From contig CAXXIA010000003.1 of NCBI GenBank assembly GCA_963666985.2, forward strand, positions 1-64,000: 64,000 nucleotides of DNA. The letters run 5' to 3'. Below the pieces are notes generated by a model, which worked only from the letters and a program-made list of their open reading frames with translations, was not told the origin of the DNA and did no database searches. The position numbers were made by a program, and so were the translations under genes. The DNA is from Spirochaetia bacterium (GTDB lineage Bacteria > Spirochaetota > Spirochaetia > DSM-2461). Shown here one piece after another: positions 1 to 9,752 of the stretch (position 1 is its first letter; each line of letters opens with the position of its first letter).

Positions 1-474
1 AAGTCCCTCGTAGAGTCCGATGAACGAGGAGAGCAGCATAATAACGCCGATAACCAGGGCCATCAGCAGATATTTGCGGTCAGAGAAGCGCTCGACGGCC
101 CGAACCAGGATGGACTCCATCACACCGACTTGTTCAATAATGGTGAACGAACCGCCCACGAAAAACAAAAACGCGGCGATGACGGCGAGAGTAACGGCGT
201 TATCGCCCCAGAACACTTCAGCCGGAGCGGTGAACCAGCGCCAAACCGGCAGAGTGCGGATAACTTCGGCGGCCTGTTCCGCGCCGAGATAATGAAAAGA
301 TCCCTGAACCACGATGGTTCGGCCGTCTATCCGATTCCGTTCGTATTCGCCCGCCGGAACCGTTCGTGTCAAAATCCCCGATACGATGATGAGAACCAAC
401 AGAATGCATCCGGCCAGGGCAAAGGCTCGGGCCCCGATCTTAACGCTGCTTGGACGTTCCGTGCTGTCGCTCAT
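1..474 (-). CDS. YfcC/DcuC-like ion-transporter-superfamily membrane protein (3' end outside window)
   Basis: Manual translation MSDSTERPSSVKIGARAFALAGCILLVLIIVSGILTRTVPAGEYER...GRTIVVQGSFHY...FLFFVGGSFTII. The VPAGEYER..GRTIVV and FLFFVGG motifs are typical of YfcC. ATGA overlap with the M20 peptidase stop. Confidence 0.75.
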   Translation of the reverse strand, partial: MSDSTERPSSVKIGARAFALAGCILLVLIIVSGILTRTVPAGEYERNRIDGRTIVVQGSFHYLGAEQAAEVIRTLPVWRWFTAPAEVFWGDNAVTLAVIAAFLFFVGGSFTIIEQVGVMESILVRAVERFSDRKYLLMALVIGVIMLLSSFIGLYEGL

Positions 475-1823
475 GAAAGCTCCTCGGCTGATTTATAGAG
501 AACAATTCCTTCCAGGAAATCCACGGCCTTTTCCCACGCCGCCGTGGAAATCGATTCGTTGGGAGCATGGACGGCGGCTATTTCATCACCCGTAACGTCC
601 ATGGGAATAAATCGAAAAATGGCGTCCGAAACATCGCGATACCACCGGGAATCCGAAGTGGCGGTCATTAAATACGGTGCCGTTACGGCTTTGGGCCACG
701 TTTTCCCTACCAATGAAGTAAACATCTCCCAATGATCGGCGGTAGCCTTTCCGGCGGGAACGGGTTCGAAGGCTTCATTCTCCACGGCTTTTACCGTTAC
801 GCCTTCGTCCACGGCCGAATCGACGATTCCGCGAACGCGTTTTATTGTTCCCTCAACGCTTTCTCCGGGAAGAATGCGCAGATTGACGAAAGCCTCGACC
901 GTATCGGGAAGAACATTGTCTCTCTCGCCGCCGCGAACGATGGTGAGGGCCGTGGTGGTCCGGACCATTCCGGATGTGGCCGAATTCGCCGCAAGGGCTT
1001 TGAGGATAATCGGAGCAAACAAGCGGGGATGGGAAAGAACAAATCCTTTCGGACCGCCGATGGTACGGCCCAGAGCGCGAAACATGCCCATCGGCACTTC
1101 CGTGAGTTTCTTCGGGAACGGATGAGTTTCCAGGGCGGCCAGGGCTTGAGCGATACGGCCGACGGCGCTGTGTTTCGGAGGCGCCGATGCATGTCCGGGC
1201 ATACCGCTGGAAGTTATTTTAAGCGTTAAGAAGCCCTTTTCGGCCGTACCGACAAGAGCCACGGGGCGTTTGGTGAACGCCGTCAGCTGATCCACGGCCA
1301 CCGCCCCGCCTTCGTCAAGGACAAACGCGAAGCGGATTCCCCTTCCGGCGAATTCGGCCGCGATGGTTCTGGCGCCCCGAAGACCGGAAACCTCTTCGTC
1401 GCCGCCGAAAGCCAAATAAAGGGTTCTGACCGGCTTGGCGCCTCGCGCCGCGGCTCTGTCGACGGCTTCCAGCCACGCGGCGAGCATTCCCTTGTCGTCC
1501 AGGGTGCCCCGGCCGTAGATTCGGCCGTCGGCGATTTCTCCGGAGAACGGCTTTTTCTTCCACTTTTCGGCGTCGCCGGGAGGAACCACGTCGAAATGAG
1601 CCATGCCGAGCATGGGCGCCAGGGAAGAATCTGTTCCCTCCCACCGATAAACGATGGCTCTCTCTCCGATCAGTTCCCGTTCCATGACGGCGTGGGCGTT
1701 CGGATAGAGTTCGGCGATGATGTTCGGGACGGAGGCGAAAAGATCGGCATCCTCCTCATCCGGTATATACGATGAAACGGTGGGCAGCTGTATGAGCTTG
1801 GAAAAGCGTTCTAATGAATTCAT
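471..1823 (-). CDS. M20/M25/M40 family metallopeptidase (carboxypeptidase S/PM20D1-like)
   Basis: AHFDVVP, YGRGTLDDKG, GDEE, DEGG, GHASAP and HAPNE motifs. Start placed at MNSLERF (ORF track extends to 1877). Confidence 0.9.
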   Translation of the reverse strand: MNSLERFSKLIQLPTVSSYIPDEEDADLFASVPNIIAELYPNAHAVMERELIGERAIVYRWEGTDSSLAPMLGMAHFDVVPPGDAEKWKKKPFSGEIADGRIYGRGTLDDKGMLAAWLEAVDRAAARGAKPVRTLYLAFGGDEEVSGLRGARTIAAEFAGRGIRFAFVLDEGGAVAVDQLTAFTKRPVALVGTAEKGFLTLKITSSGMPGHASAPPKHSAVGRIAQALAALETHPFPKKLTEVPMGMFRALGRTIGGPKGFVLSHPRLFAPIILKALAANSATSGMVRTTTALTIVRGGERDNVLPDTVEAFVNLRILPGESVEGTIKRVRGIVDSAVDEGVTVKAVENEAFEPVPAGKATADHWEMFTSLVGKTWPKAVTAPYLMTATSDSRWYRDVSDAIFRFIPMDVTGDEIAAVHAPNESISTAAWEKAVDFLEGIVLYKSAEELS

Positions 1824-1845
1824 AAATAATGAGTATACAGAATTT

Positions 1846-3423
1846 TCAAGATTCCGTGGGAAATCCCGGTTCCTCATCCCTTAAGATTCTATAAAGGATT
1901 AAATCGCCGTCACCTGCCGATGCCGGAACGGGAGACGGCTTTATATCGCGCCAATCTTCGGCGCGGCGCGGATTATGCCCGATCGACCAGGATTCGATGA
2001 CATCTTCATGAACATCGGCGGTGATAAGGATTCCATCATCGGAAGGATTTTTACTTCGCCGCGCCAAGAGTCTGGCAATCGGATAATTTCGGAATCCTCC
2101 GTTCGGAAGGCCGATTTCGCGGCCGACTCGGCGGTCCCTTTCAAAGGCCGCAAGACACCAATCCAATGCGGTCCGTCCCGCCTCGTCGCGGGCGGCTTCT
2201 CCCGGAGGTCCGTTGTTCCAGGAACCGTCGATAACCGGAAGCAGAGTCTTGAGTGCCCGAAGATCGGACATCCAGGCCGCGATCATCAGGAGAGTAACGC
2301 CTTCCGAGTCCGCCGTTTTCAAATAAGCGGCGGATGAATCCGCACGCACCCAATTATTAATCCCTGAATCAGCCGCTTCCGCCGGTGTGTTTCCGACCAC
2401 GAGAATCGCCAGAATTCGGGGATGCGAGCCGATAAGGGCGTAATATTCCGGCATGGCGGCAAAATCGAACTCCTCCGGTTCCGCTCTATCCGCGGATTTC
2501 GGAACGGAGGCCTTAAGAGCGCTTGAGTCCAAAGCGGCCATGATCGAGGCGGCGATTCTTTCGTGCCCGCCGCCCGCGGCATAACAGAGAGCGCCGCGCC
2601 CTTGGGAATCCACGGCCCGCGGATCGGCTCCCCGCTGAAGAAGCAGGGAAACCGCGGCATCGCGGCCATGCCAGGAAGCGGCCATAAGCGGCGTAACGCC
2701 CAAAGGATCGGATGTATTCGGATCGGCGCCTTCATCAAGCATGTCGCGAAGGATGCTCCACTCGCCGGAAAACGCGGCTTGGTGAAGCGGCCAGGCGCCG
2801 CTTTTCCAATCGGGAGAAGAAGCGCTGTCCGCCAGAAACGCCATATCCCGCCAAATCCGGGCGTCCAGGGGAACCTGAGTCATCGGAAGATCCAAAGGAT
2901 TCGGGGCCCCCATCTCGGGGTCGGCCAAGAGCAAACCATCGGCTCCGTTTTGAATCAGTCGCTTGATGAGTTCGAACTCACCTCTGTCGACGGCCAGAGA
3001 CAGCGCCGAAACGGAATGTTCGGCGCCCTGTTCGCTCACGGCATCCGAGACGATATCCGGATCGGCTCCCCCGGAAAGCAGGGCCATGACCAAATCTTCC
3101 CTCGATGCCAGAACGGCCTTCATCAGCGGCGTTAATCCGTCTGGACCGGCGACATCCGGATCGGATGCTGTTTTCAGAAGCCTCTCGACCAGGGGAAGAC
3201 TTCCTATGGAAACGGCACAGTAAAGCGGTGTTCGGCCTAAAGCGTCGATTTCTTCCGGATCGGCGCCGCGGGAGAGAAGCTGTTCGACAAGAGAAACGTT
3301 ACCGGACTCTACAGCGGCCTGAAGAGCTCCCGGATCCGGTGCCCTCTCGCCGGCGCACGGCAGAGTTATCGTGAACAAAATCAATAAAACAACAATGATA
3401 CAGCGGGAATCCATCGCATTCAT
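1846..3423 (-). CDS. Exported ankyrin-repeat protein
   Basis: Hydrophobic N-terminal signal-like segment; repeated GRTPLYCA, GLTPLMKA, WPLHQAA, GVTPLMAA...LLxxGADP ankyrin units. Confidence 0.85.
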   Translation of the reverse strand: MNAMDSRCIIVVLLILFTITLPCAGERAPDPGALQAAVESGNVSLVEQLLSRGADPEEIDALGRTPLYCAVSIGSLPLVERLLKTASDPDVAGPDGLTPLMKAVLASREDLVMALLSGGADPDIVSDAVSEQGAEHSVSALSLAVDRGEFELIKRLIQNGADGLLLADPEMGAPNPLDLPMTQVPLDARIWRDMAFLADSASSPDWKSGAWPLHQAAFSGEWSILRDMLDEGADPNTSDPLGVTPLMAASWHGRDAAVSLLLQRGADPRAVDSQGRGALCYAAGGGHERIAASIMAALDSSALKASVPKSADRAEPEEFDFAAMPEYYALIGSHPRILAILVVGNTPAEAADSGINNWVRADSSAAYLKTADSEGVTLLMIAAWMSDLRALKTLLPVIDGSWNNGPPGEAARDEAGRTALDWCLAAFERDRRVGREIGLPNGGFRNYPIARLLARRSKNPSDDGILITADVHEDVIESWSIGHNPRRAEDWRDIKPSPVPASAGDGDLILYRILRDEEPGFPTES

Positions 3424-3461
3424 TATCGGCAGACGACTCCATAAAGGCTATAATCTAAGGT

Positions 3462-4481
3462 ATGACTATATCGAATCAGCCCTTCGGCATGACTCATGAC
3501 GGGAGTAAGACCCGATTATGGACCATCAAAAATTCGTCCGGATATGCCTTAAGCCTTACCGACTGGGGAGCGACGATTGTTTCGCTTCTCATGCCCGATC
3601 GTAACGGCCGTTTTACCGATATCCTCCTTGGATTCGATGAGGCCTCGCAATACATCCCCGGCCGCGGTTATCTGGGAGCCACGTGCGGACGGTTCGCCAA
3701 CCGTATCGCCGAAGGCCGGTTCGTCCTGAACGGCAAGACAATTGAGCTGGCCTGTAACGACGGTCCGAATCATCTTCATGGAGGCGTTACGGGATTCAAT
3801 TCCCGTTTATGGGCCGCCGAACCATATACCGAGGGCGATCGCTCAGGCATCCTTTTTACCTATGTCAGCCCCAATGGCGAGGAAAACTACCCCGGGGAAC
3901 TGAAGGTTCGGGCCGATTATGCCCTGGACGAAGAATGCCGCGTATATATGGATTTCAGGGCCGAGTGTGATGCGGATACCATCGTCAACATCACGAACCA
4001 CGCATACTGGAACCTGGCCGGCGGAAAAAGCGGTACAATCCTGAATCATGAGCTCCGATTTGAATCGTCCCGCTACCTTCCCGTGGATGAAACCGCGATT
4101 CCCACCGGAGAACTGAAGGATGTGACGGGAACTCCGTTCGATTTTCGCAGGAGTAAAACCATAGGCTCCGATATCGGCCAAGTTCCCGGAGGATACGATC
4201 ACTGCATGGTCATTGACGGGAAACGGGGCAATCTCCGCAAAGCCGCCGAAGTATACGAACCCGAAAGCGGCCGCGGGTTTATCCTGCTTACCGACAGGCC
4301 CGGAGTTCAATTCTATTCGGGGAATTTTCTGAAAAATAATCCATTCCCCAAACACGGCGGTTTCTGTCTGGAACCGCAGGATTTTCCCGATGCGCCGAAC
4401 CGGAAGGATTTTCCTTCCACGGTACTGCATCCGGGAGATACGTATCATCATCGGAGTGTTGTGGAATTCTCGGTTAAATAG
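3462..4481 (+). CDS. galM: Aldose 1-epimerase (galactose mutarotase)
   Basis: GATCGRFANRI, NHLHGG, NITNHAYWNL, GYDH and FCLEPQ motifs. Confidence 0.95.
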   Translation: MTISNQPFGMTHDGSKTRLWTIKNSSGYALSLTDWGATIVSLLMPDRNGRFTDILLGFDEASQYIPGRGYLGATCGRFANRIAEGRFVLNGKTIELACNDGPNHLHGGVTGFNSRLWAAEPYTEGDRSGILFTYVSPNGEENYPGELKVRADYALDEECRVYMDFRAECDADTIVNITNHAYWNLAGGKSGTILNHELRFESSRYLPVDETAIPTGELKDVTGTPFDFRRSKTIGSDIGQVPGGYDHCMVIDGKRGNLRKAAEVYEPESGRGFILLTDRPGVQFYSGNFLKNNPFPKHGGFCLEPQDFPDAPNRKDFPSTVLHPGDTYHHRSVVEFSVK

Positions 4482-4576
4482 AACTTCCGCAGGGATAGGG
4501 CCGCATCGTTTTCTTTGCTGTCGGAGGCGAATGCGGCCGGGGGGAGCCGCACCGGAGTCTTCTCGGCCGCCGATGA

Positions 4577-6346
4577 TCAATCCTCCGCTGAGGATTCCTT
4601 CTCTTCACAATCCGCGGGGAAAGAAATCATAAACGAACAGCCATATCCAAGACTGCTTTCCACCCAGACGCGGCCTCCGTGCTTTAAAGCGATATGCTTC
4701 ACGATGGCCAGGCCCAAACCGGTTCCTCCGAGTTCCCTGCTTCTGGCCTTATCCACCCGATAAAATCGTTCGAAAATCCGGGAAAGTTCACTCTCGGGAA
4801 GTCCGGGACCGTTATCCTTAACGACAAAAATAATTTCCGTTCCGACAATACGGGCTGATAACGTAATCATGGAACCTTCGGGACTGTATTTTACGGCATT
4901 ATCCAAGAGATTAACCAAAGCCTGCTCGACCAGAATGGGATGCACGCAGCATTCCAGACCGTCCGCCACTTCCATGCTCATGCGGATCTTCTTCGATTCG
5001 GCTTTTATGGACACCGTCGCAACCGCATCATCAAAGAGCCATCGAACGTCCACCCGTTCCCTCGGCAGGGAAGTTTCACCTTCTTCCAGCCGTGAGAGCG
5101 TCATGAGGTCGCCGATAATGAATCCCAATCGTTCCGCCTGCCTTCTGATAATACTTAAAAAGCCGTCCCGACGTTCTTTATCAAGATTCTCCGCCCGCTG
5201 AAGGGTTTCGACGAACCCGAGAATGGAGGTTATGGGAGTGCGCAGTTCATGCGAAACATTGGCCACGAAATCCTTCCGCATCATTTCAAGCTGGGTAATT
5301 CTTGTCACGTCGTTCATCACCAAAAGGCATCCGGACCGAATAAGCACGGCGTGAACCTGAAGAAAGAACGGACCGGAATCCCGATCCAGCCTGACAAGCG
5401 ATTCCTCTTCACCGCCTTCGGCCGCCAGTCTTTTGGCTATATCGTATAATTCCGGGCTGCGAAAAACATGCAGGAAACCCTTGCCCACACATTTCTCATC
5501 GTTCGTTCCCGCCAGCTCCACGGCGGCGGGATTCACCTGAAGAATATTCAAATCCGTATCCAGAAGAACAACCGGTGCGGTCATGCCTTCCAGCATCGAA
5601 CGCAAAACGGTCTGCCGATCTTCAATGTCGCGAAACGTGTCGCGCAGCTGACGCCCCATTCGGTTTATGGAAGCGGAAAGTTCATCGGCTTCACGGAATC
5701 CGGAAAGAATCAGGGCCTTGGAAAAATCACCGCGGGAATAATCACCGACAACCGATTGAACGGACTTCAGAAGGTTGCTGATTCTTTTGGCGGCTAAAAC
5801 GCTGATTAATGCGGAGATAAGGATAAGCGCGGCGGCAAAGGCCGTCAGAGCCTTAACGGAGCGATCCAGCCCGTCGCGAAGTCCCTGAACCGTTCGAGCA
5901 ACACGGAAAACAAGATTCACCGATGGATCAAAATAAGCGGTATAAATAAACAGTTCACCGCCCAAAGTCTCGCTCCGGCGAACGGAAGAGCCCTGTCCTT
6001 TGGTAAGAGCCGCTCGAATTTCCGGACGATTTCCATGATCCGACATCACTTCCGCGTCCTCATGGGTATCGGCAAGGACGGTTCCGTCGGATTCGATGAT
6101 TGTTATCCGATACCCCAAAGTTTCCGGAAGAACCGAAAGAAACCGATCGGCGGCGGCTTCGCGGTCATCTTCATCCTGATAAAAAGCCGCCAAGGTCCGA
6201 ACCAATTCCCACTGACGGGATTCCGCATCTTTAAACGCATAGGATTGAAGCGAACGGACTCCGAAAATTCCGCTTGCCATGACGGCCGCGCCTACGAGCA
6301 GGAGAAGAGTTATAAATAATTGAAAAAAAACGGATTGCTTTTTCAG
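4577..6346 (-). CDS. phoR: PhoR-like sensor histidine kinase (TM-HAMP-PAS-HisKA-HATPase)
   Basis: DFVANVSHELRTP H-box, NLLDNAVKYS, DNGPG, RIFERFYRVDKARSRELGGTGLGLAIVKH. The frame stays open from ATG 6280 up to a CTG at 6346 with GGAG 8 nt upstream, which completes the first TM helix. Confidence 0.85.
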   Translation of the reverse strand: MKKQSVFFQLFITLLLLVGAAVMASGIFGVRSLQSYAFKDAESRQWELVRTLAAFYQDEDDREAAADRFLSVLPETLGYRITIIESDGTVLADTHEDAEVMSDHGNRPEIRAALTKGQGSSVRRSETLGGELFIYTAYFDPSVNLVFRVARTVQGLRDGLDRSVKALTAFAAALILISALISVLAAKRISNLLKSVQSVVGDYSRGDFSKALILSGFREADELSASINRMGRQLRDTFRDIEDRQTVLRSMLEGMTAPVVLLDTDLNILQVNPAAVELAGTNDEKCVGKGFLHVFRSPELYDIAKRLAAEGGEEESLVRLDRDSGPFFLQVHAVLIRSGCLLVMNDVTRITQLEMMRKDFVANVSHELRTPITSILGFVETLQRAENLDKERRDGFLSIIRRQAERLGFIIGDLMTLSRLEEGETSLPRERVDVRWLFDDAVATVSIKAESKKIRMSMEVADGLECCVHPILVEQALVNLLDNAVKYSPEGSMITLSARIVGTEIIFVVKDNGPGLPESELSRIFERFYRVDKARSRELGGTGLGLAIVKHIALKHGGRVWVESSLGYGCSFMISFPADCEEKESSAED

Positions 6347-6349
6347 GGG

Positions 6350-6494
6350 CTATTCTCCGCGCAGGCGATATCCGTTTTCAAGGTTATTCGGCAGCGCCAT
6401 CGTCAATTTCTATTCTCCGCGCAGGCGATATCCGTTTTCAAGGTTATTCGGCAGCGCCATCGTCAATTTCTATTCTCCGCGCATGCGATATCCG
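6350..6494. repeat. 60-bp tandem repeat (2 perfect copies plus a partial third copy formed by the 3' end of the response regulator)
   Basis: CTATTCTCCGCGCAGGCGATATCCGTTTTCAAGGTTATTCGGCAGCGCCATCGTCAATTT at 6350-6409 and 6410-6469; 25-bp near-copy at 6470-6494. Confidence 0.97.
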
Positions 6495-7165
6495 ACGCCG
6501 CGGACGGTTTCCACCATGTCCCCCATGTCGCCGAGTTTTTTCCTTATGCCCAGAATCTGGACATCCACGGATCGAGCCGTAACCGGATAATCCTCACCCT
6601 TTACCGCATCAATAATCTGATGCCGGGAAAACACCCACCCCGGATTTTCCGCAAGAAAACGTAAGATGGCGAACTCGGTAGCCGAGAAACCGACCGATTT
6701 TCCGCCCACACGAACCTCGTGCCTGGCCGAATCGATGCTGATTCCATGAATGTCGACGACACGATTGCTGGTGGTTTCTCGTGCCAAGCCGTTTCGGCGA
6801 AGCAGCGCCTTAACCCTGGCCACAAGAACCCTCGGACTGAAGGGTTTGGTAACGTAATCGTCGGCTCCGGCATCAAAACCGGTTACCTGATCGTCTTCCT
6901 CGGCTCTGGCGGTAAGCATCATTATGGGCGTTTTCCGTGTTGAGGCCTCGGATTTGAGCTGCCTGCAGACTTTTATTCCATCGGTACCGGGAAGCATGAT
7001 ATCCAACAGGATAAGGTCTGGCTGGTGGCGGCGTGCCAAACTCAAGGCTTCTTCACCATCGGCGGCTTTAATAACATCGTATCCGCTCATCTCCAAATTA
7101 AAGGAAATAAGCTCCCTGATATCGGCCTCATCCTCAACTATGAGCAGCGTTTCTTTTTTTACCAT
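6470..7165 (-). CDS. phoB: OmpR/PhoB-family response regulator
   Basis: LIVEDE, LILLDIMLPG, LTARAEEDD, GADDYVTKPFS, RSVDVQI, ETVRGVGY; paired with a PhoR-like kinase. Confidence 0.85.
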   Translation of the reverse strand: MVKKETLLIVEDEADIRELISFNLEMSGYDVIKAADGEEALSLARRHQPDLILLDIMLPGTDGIKVCRQLKSEASTRKTPIMMLTARAEEDDQVTGFDAGADDYVTKPFSPRVLVARVKALLRRNGLARETTSNRVVDIHGISIDSARHEVRVGGKSVGFSATEFAILRFLAENPGWVFSRHQIIDAVKGEDYPVTARSVDVQILGIRKKLGDMGDMVETVRGVGYRMRGE

Positions 7166-7208
7166 GAACTCCACTCCTTTGTATCCGTAGAGAGAATGTG
7201 AGGGATAG

Positions 7209-7248
7209 ATGAGAGCAAGATTAACACCTTATGAGAATGACGTTAAGA
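7209..7248 (-). promoter_or_regulatory. Pho-box-like array of four direct half-sites at 11-bp period
   Basis: Minus strand TCTTAAC-N4-TTCTCAT-N4-TGTTAAT-N4-CTCTCAT, upstream of the phoB-like gene. Confidence 0.55.
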
Positions 7249-7288
7249 TTCTCGCAGAGATGTTATAAAGAGTCGGAATTACCGCCTT

Positions 7289-9520
7289 CTAATAAGTAAA
7301 ACGACGTAATTCCATATCCAGAATATCCAGGGACTGGACATTTTTCTCCCCGAGAGTGGTTATCTCCGAAAGCGCTTTTGTAATATCCCCAATCCCGGTA
7401 CTGATTTCCGCAATAGCGTCGTGACTCTGGCGAGAGAGATCGGCAACCTTTGTAAGGGAAGCATTGGATTTCTCCGATCTTCTGTCGATGTTCTGTGAAG
7501 AATCCCGAACGGCGGCGCTGGCTCCGACAAGGCTGCTCAAGGCCTCCGTAATCTGGTCCGTTCCTCTTCCGAGTTCCACCAGAGAATTCATAATCTCCGT
7601 AAGAGCTTCCGAAACGCTGGTTGAATCCACCACAATCTTGGAAATGGAATCTCCGGTCTGTCTGGATCTGTCGGCGGTTCCGCCGATCTTATTGACAATT
7701 TCCCTTACCGAATCTCCGATCTGTTTGGCGTTGCTGCCCGTTGATTCGGCAAGTTTGCGGATTTCATCCGCGACTACCGCGAAACCGCGGCCGGCCTCGC
7801 CGGCATGGGCGGCTTCGATGGCGGCATTCATGGCCAAAAGATTGATCTGCGAAGAAATGCCGTCGATAACCGTAACAACATCCTGGATGGAATCGGCTGA
7901 AGAGGCGATTCCATCGATATCGGACAGGGTTGTTTCCATTTGTTCCTCACCGGCACGCGCCATCGAAGCCAAAGTTTCAGCCATGACCGACCGATCTTTC
8001 GCCAATGAAGAAATACTTTTAATGGACGCGACCATTTCCTCAACCGCTGCCGACGATTCCTCTACGGCCGAGGCTTCTTCCGACGCTTGAGCATTGACGT
8101 TCTGCACTTCACCGCTTACTTCACGGATTTCATCACGAACGGATTCGGAAAGTTCGGCAAGAGTGTTCGACTGGTTGTCTATGGAAACTATGGTGGCCTG
8201 AATTTCATCCAAAGCGGAGGAAATCTCTTCAACATTGGAAGCCAATGTCTCGGCAACTTCATGCCCCTGTTTAGTGGAAGTATGAATGTTTTTCATAATT
8301 CCCTGCAGGGTTTCGGCAAAAGTATTGAATCCTTTGGCCAGCCGGCCTGTTTCATCCGAAGACTTGATGGCTATTCGCTGAGTTAAATCGGCATCTCCTT
8401 GGGATATTTCTTCCAAACGTTCGGTAGCGGCCAACAGCGCTTTGGTAACCAGAGAAATAATTACCAGAGCAACTCCGGAAGCCACAAGTCCGAAAATCAA
8501 TCCGACAATCAAAACCAGAAAGCCGATTTCCTTCGATTCTTTTATAAGTTCAGACTCATAAACGGCGTATGTTATGATCCAATCCCGTTCCGGAAAATAT
8601 TTAACAAAACCGATTTTCTTGAAGAATTTATTTTCCGGTTCTCCCGGTTTTGTCCACATATACTCAACTCGGCCATTCTCAATCTCAAACATATATTGAG
8701 TTAAATCCTGCCCTGTAACCTTATCTTTCAATACAAAAGATTGTCCGACCCAGTCCTGATCAACATAAGCGATATATGTGGAATTACGGTCCTGAATATA
8801 AGGATAAGCACCCATAAAACTTTGCTTGTAGAGATTCTTATTCATTTCACTCAGCATGGCCGCTTCATATTCGGCTATATCCTTATCAATATCGTCAATG
8901 TAAACACCGGTGCCGATGGCCCATTCCCAAGGTTCAAAATATTTAATACAGGATTTCTTAGCCGAATCTTCAGTTTCACCAGGTTTGGGATAGTAGTAAT
9001 CATAAAAGAAATACTCATTGGCCATTGCACCCTTAACAAAGTCACGGCCGATGTAAGAACCTTTACTATCCTGATAATCGTACCGTGATGTTCCTTCGAT
9101 TGCCGGATTAGGCGGAAAAAGCACATTAACAACATCTTTGGAATCAATCCAAAAATAGCCGTCATTGCCATATGAAAAATTGCGAAGGGCTTCTTTGGCT
9201 TCCCGCTGAGCCGCGTACCTTGAAAGTTCACCGCTTAATTCTTTTTGATGATAAAAATCGGCAATACTGACGGCACCGTCAGTCAGATGCCCCAGCCTCC
9301 GTTCCGTATTCGCGATTTCCAATTCTTTGGCTTTTTGGGAAGACTCATGGAACTGATGCACAAGGGAGTATATCTGTTCCAGACTGCTGTTACTGAAATC
9401 CTCAAAATTGTTCAAAACACTTTTTTTGCTCATTTGCCCTGTGATAAGAGCGAGCACCACTGTAATCACCAAAAATAATACAAGAATCGGAATAAACACT
9501 TTCCACCGTATCGATTTCAT
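7289..9520 (-). CDS. Methyl-accepting chemotaxis protein with Cache sensor domains
   Basis: TM, Cache ([21 protein letters not shown]), TM, HAMP (DETGRLA), signalling tip [35 protein letters not shown]. Confidence 0.95.
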   Translation of the reverse strand: MKSIRWKVFIPILVLFLVITVVLALITGQMSKKSVLNNFEDFSNSSLEQIYSLVHQFHESSQKAKELEIANTERRLGHLTDGAVSIADFYHQKELSGELSRYAAQREAKEALRNFSYGNDGYFWIDSKDVVNVLFPPNPAIEGTSRYDYQDSKGSYIGRDFVKGAMANEYFFYDYYYPKPGETEDSAKKSCIKYFEPWEWAIGTGVYIDDIDKDIAEYEAAMLSEMNKNLYKQSFMGAYPYIQDRNSTYIAYVDQDWVGQSFVLKDKVTGQDLTQYMFEIENGRVEYMWTKPGEPENKFFKKIGFVKYFPERDWIITYAVYESELIKESKEIGFLVLIVGLIFGLVASGVALVIISLVTKALLAATERLEEISQGDADLTQRIAIKSSDETGRLAKGFNTFAETLQGIMKNIHTSTKQGHEVAETLASNVEEISSALDEIQATIVSIDNQSNTLAELSESVRDEIREVSGEVQNVNAQASEEASAVEESSAAVEEMVASIKSISSLAKDRSVMAETLASMARAGEEQMETTLSDIDGIASSADSIQDVVTVIDGISSQINLLAMNAAIEAAHAGEAGRGFAVVADEIRKLAESTGSNAKQIGDSVREIVNKIGGTADRSRQTGDSISKIVVDSTSVSEALTEIMNSLVELGRGTDQITEALSSLVGASAAVRDSSQNIDRRSEKSNASLTKVADLSRQSHDAIAEISTGIGDITKALSEITTLGEKNVQSLDILDMELRRFTY

Positions 9521-9752
9521 GCACTTCTCCTCAAAGATGTCGCTGGAGACTCTTTGCTCTACGCGCCGAACAGCAACGCTGATCGGCTGTTATGAATTTG
9601 ATTCGGAGATCTTGCCGCAGGAACACGGAATGCTTAATCGGCAGATACTCCGCATCACTCTTTCTCATTCCCGCCGAATACCGTATTCGGACCAAAATCA
9701 CATTTAAAGAGCCTCATTTTTAAGTTTTATTCTTTTTCGCAATTATGCAAAC

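Noticed and set aside
3423..3455. sigma28 promoter (GCCGATAA) before the ankyrin gene
   Set aside because: No correctly spaced TAAA -35 element, and the box overlaps the start codon.
6350..6494. Possible mini-CRISPR (three 25-bp repeats with 35-bp spacers)
   Set aside because: The spacers are identical, the repeat is the coding end of the response regulator, and no cas genes are present; it is a tandem duplication.
9546..9715. Further MITE candidates (GAGACTCTTT/AAAGAGCCTC here; GC-rich hairpin gaps at 39030-39323, 44711-45002, 19740-19850)
   Set aside because: The terminal repeats are short or imperfect and I could not find second copies by eye; a genome-wide search is needed.
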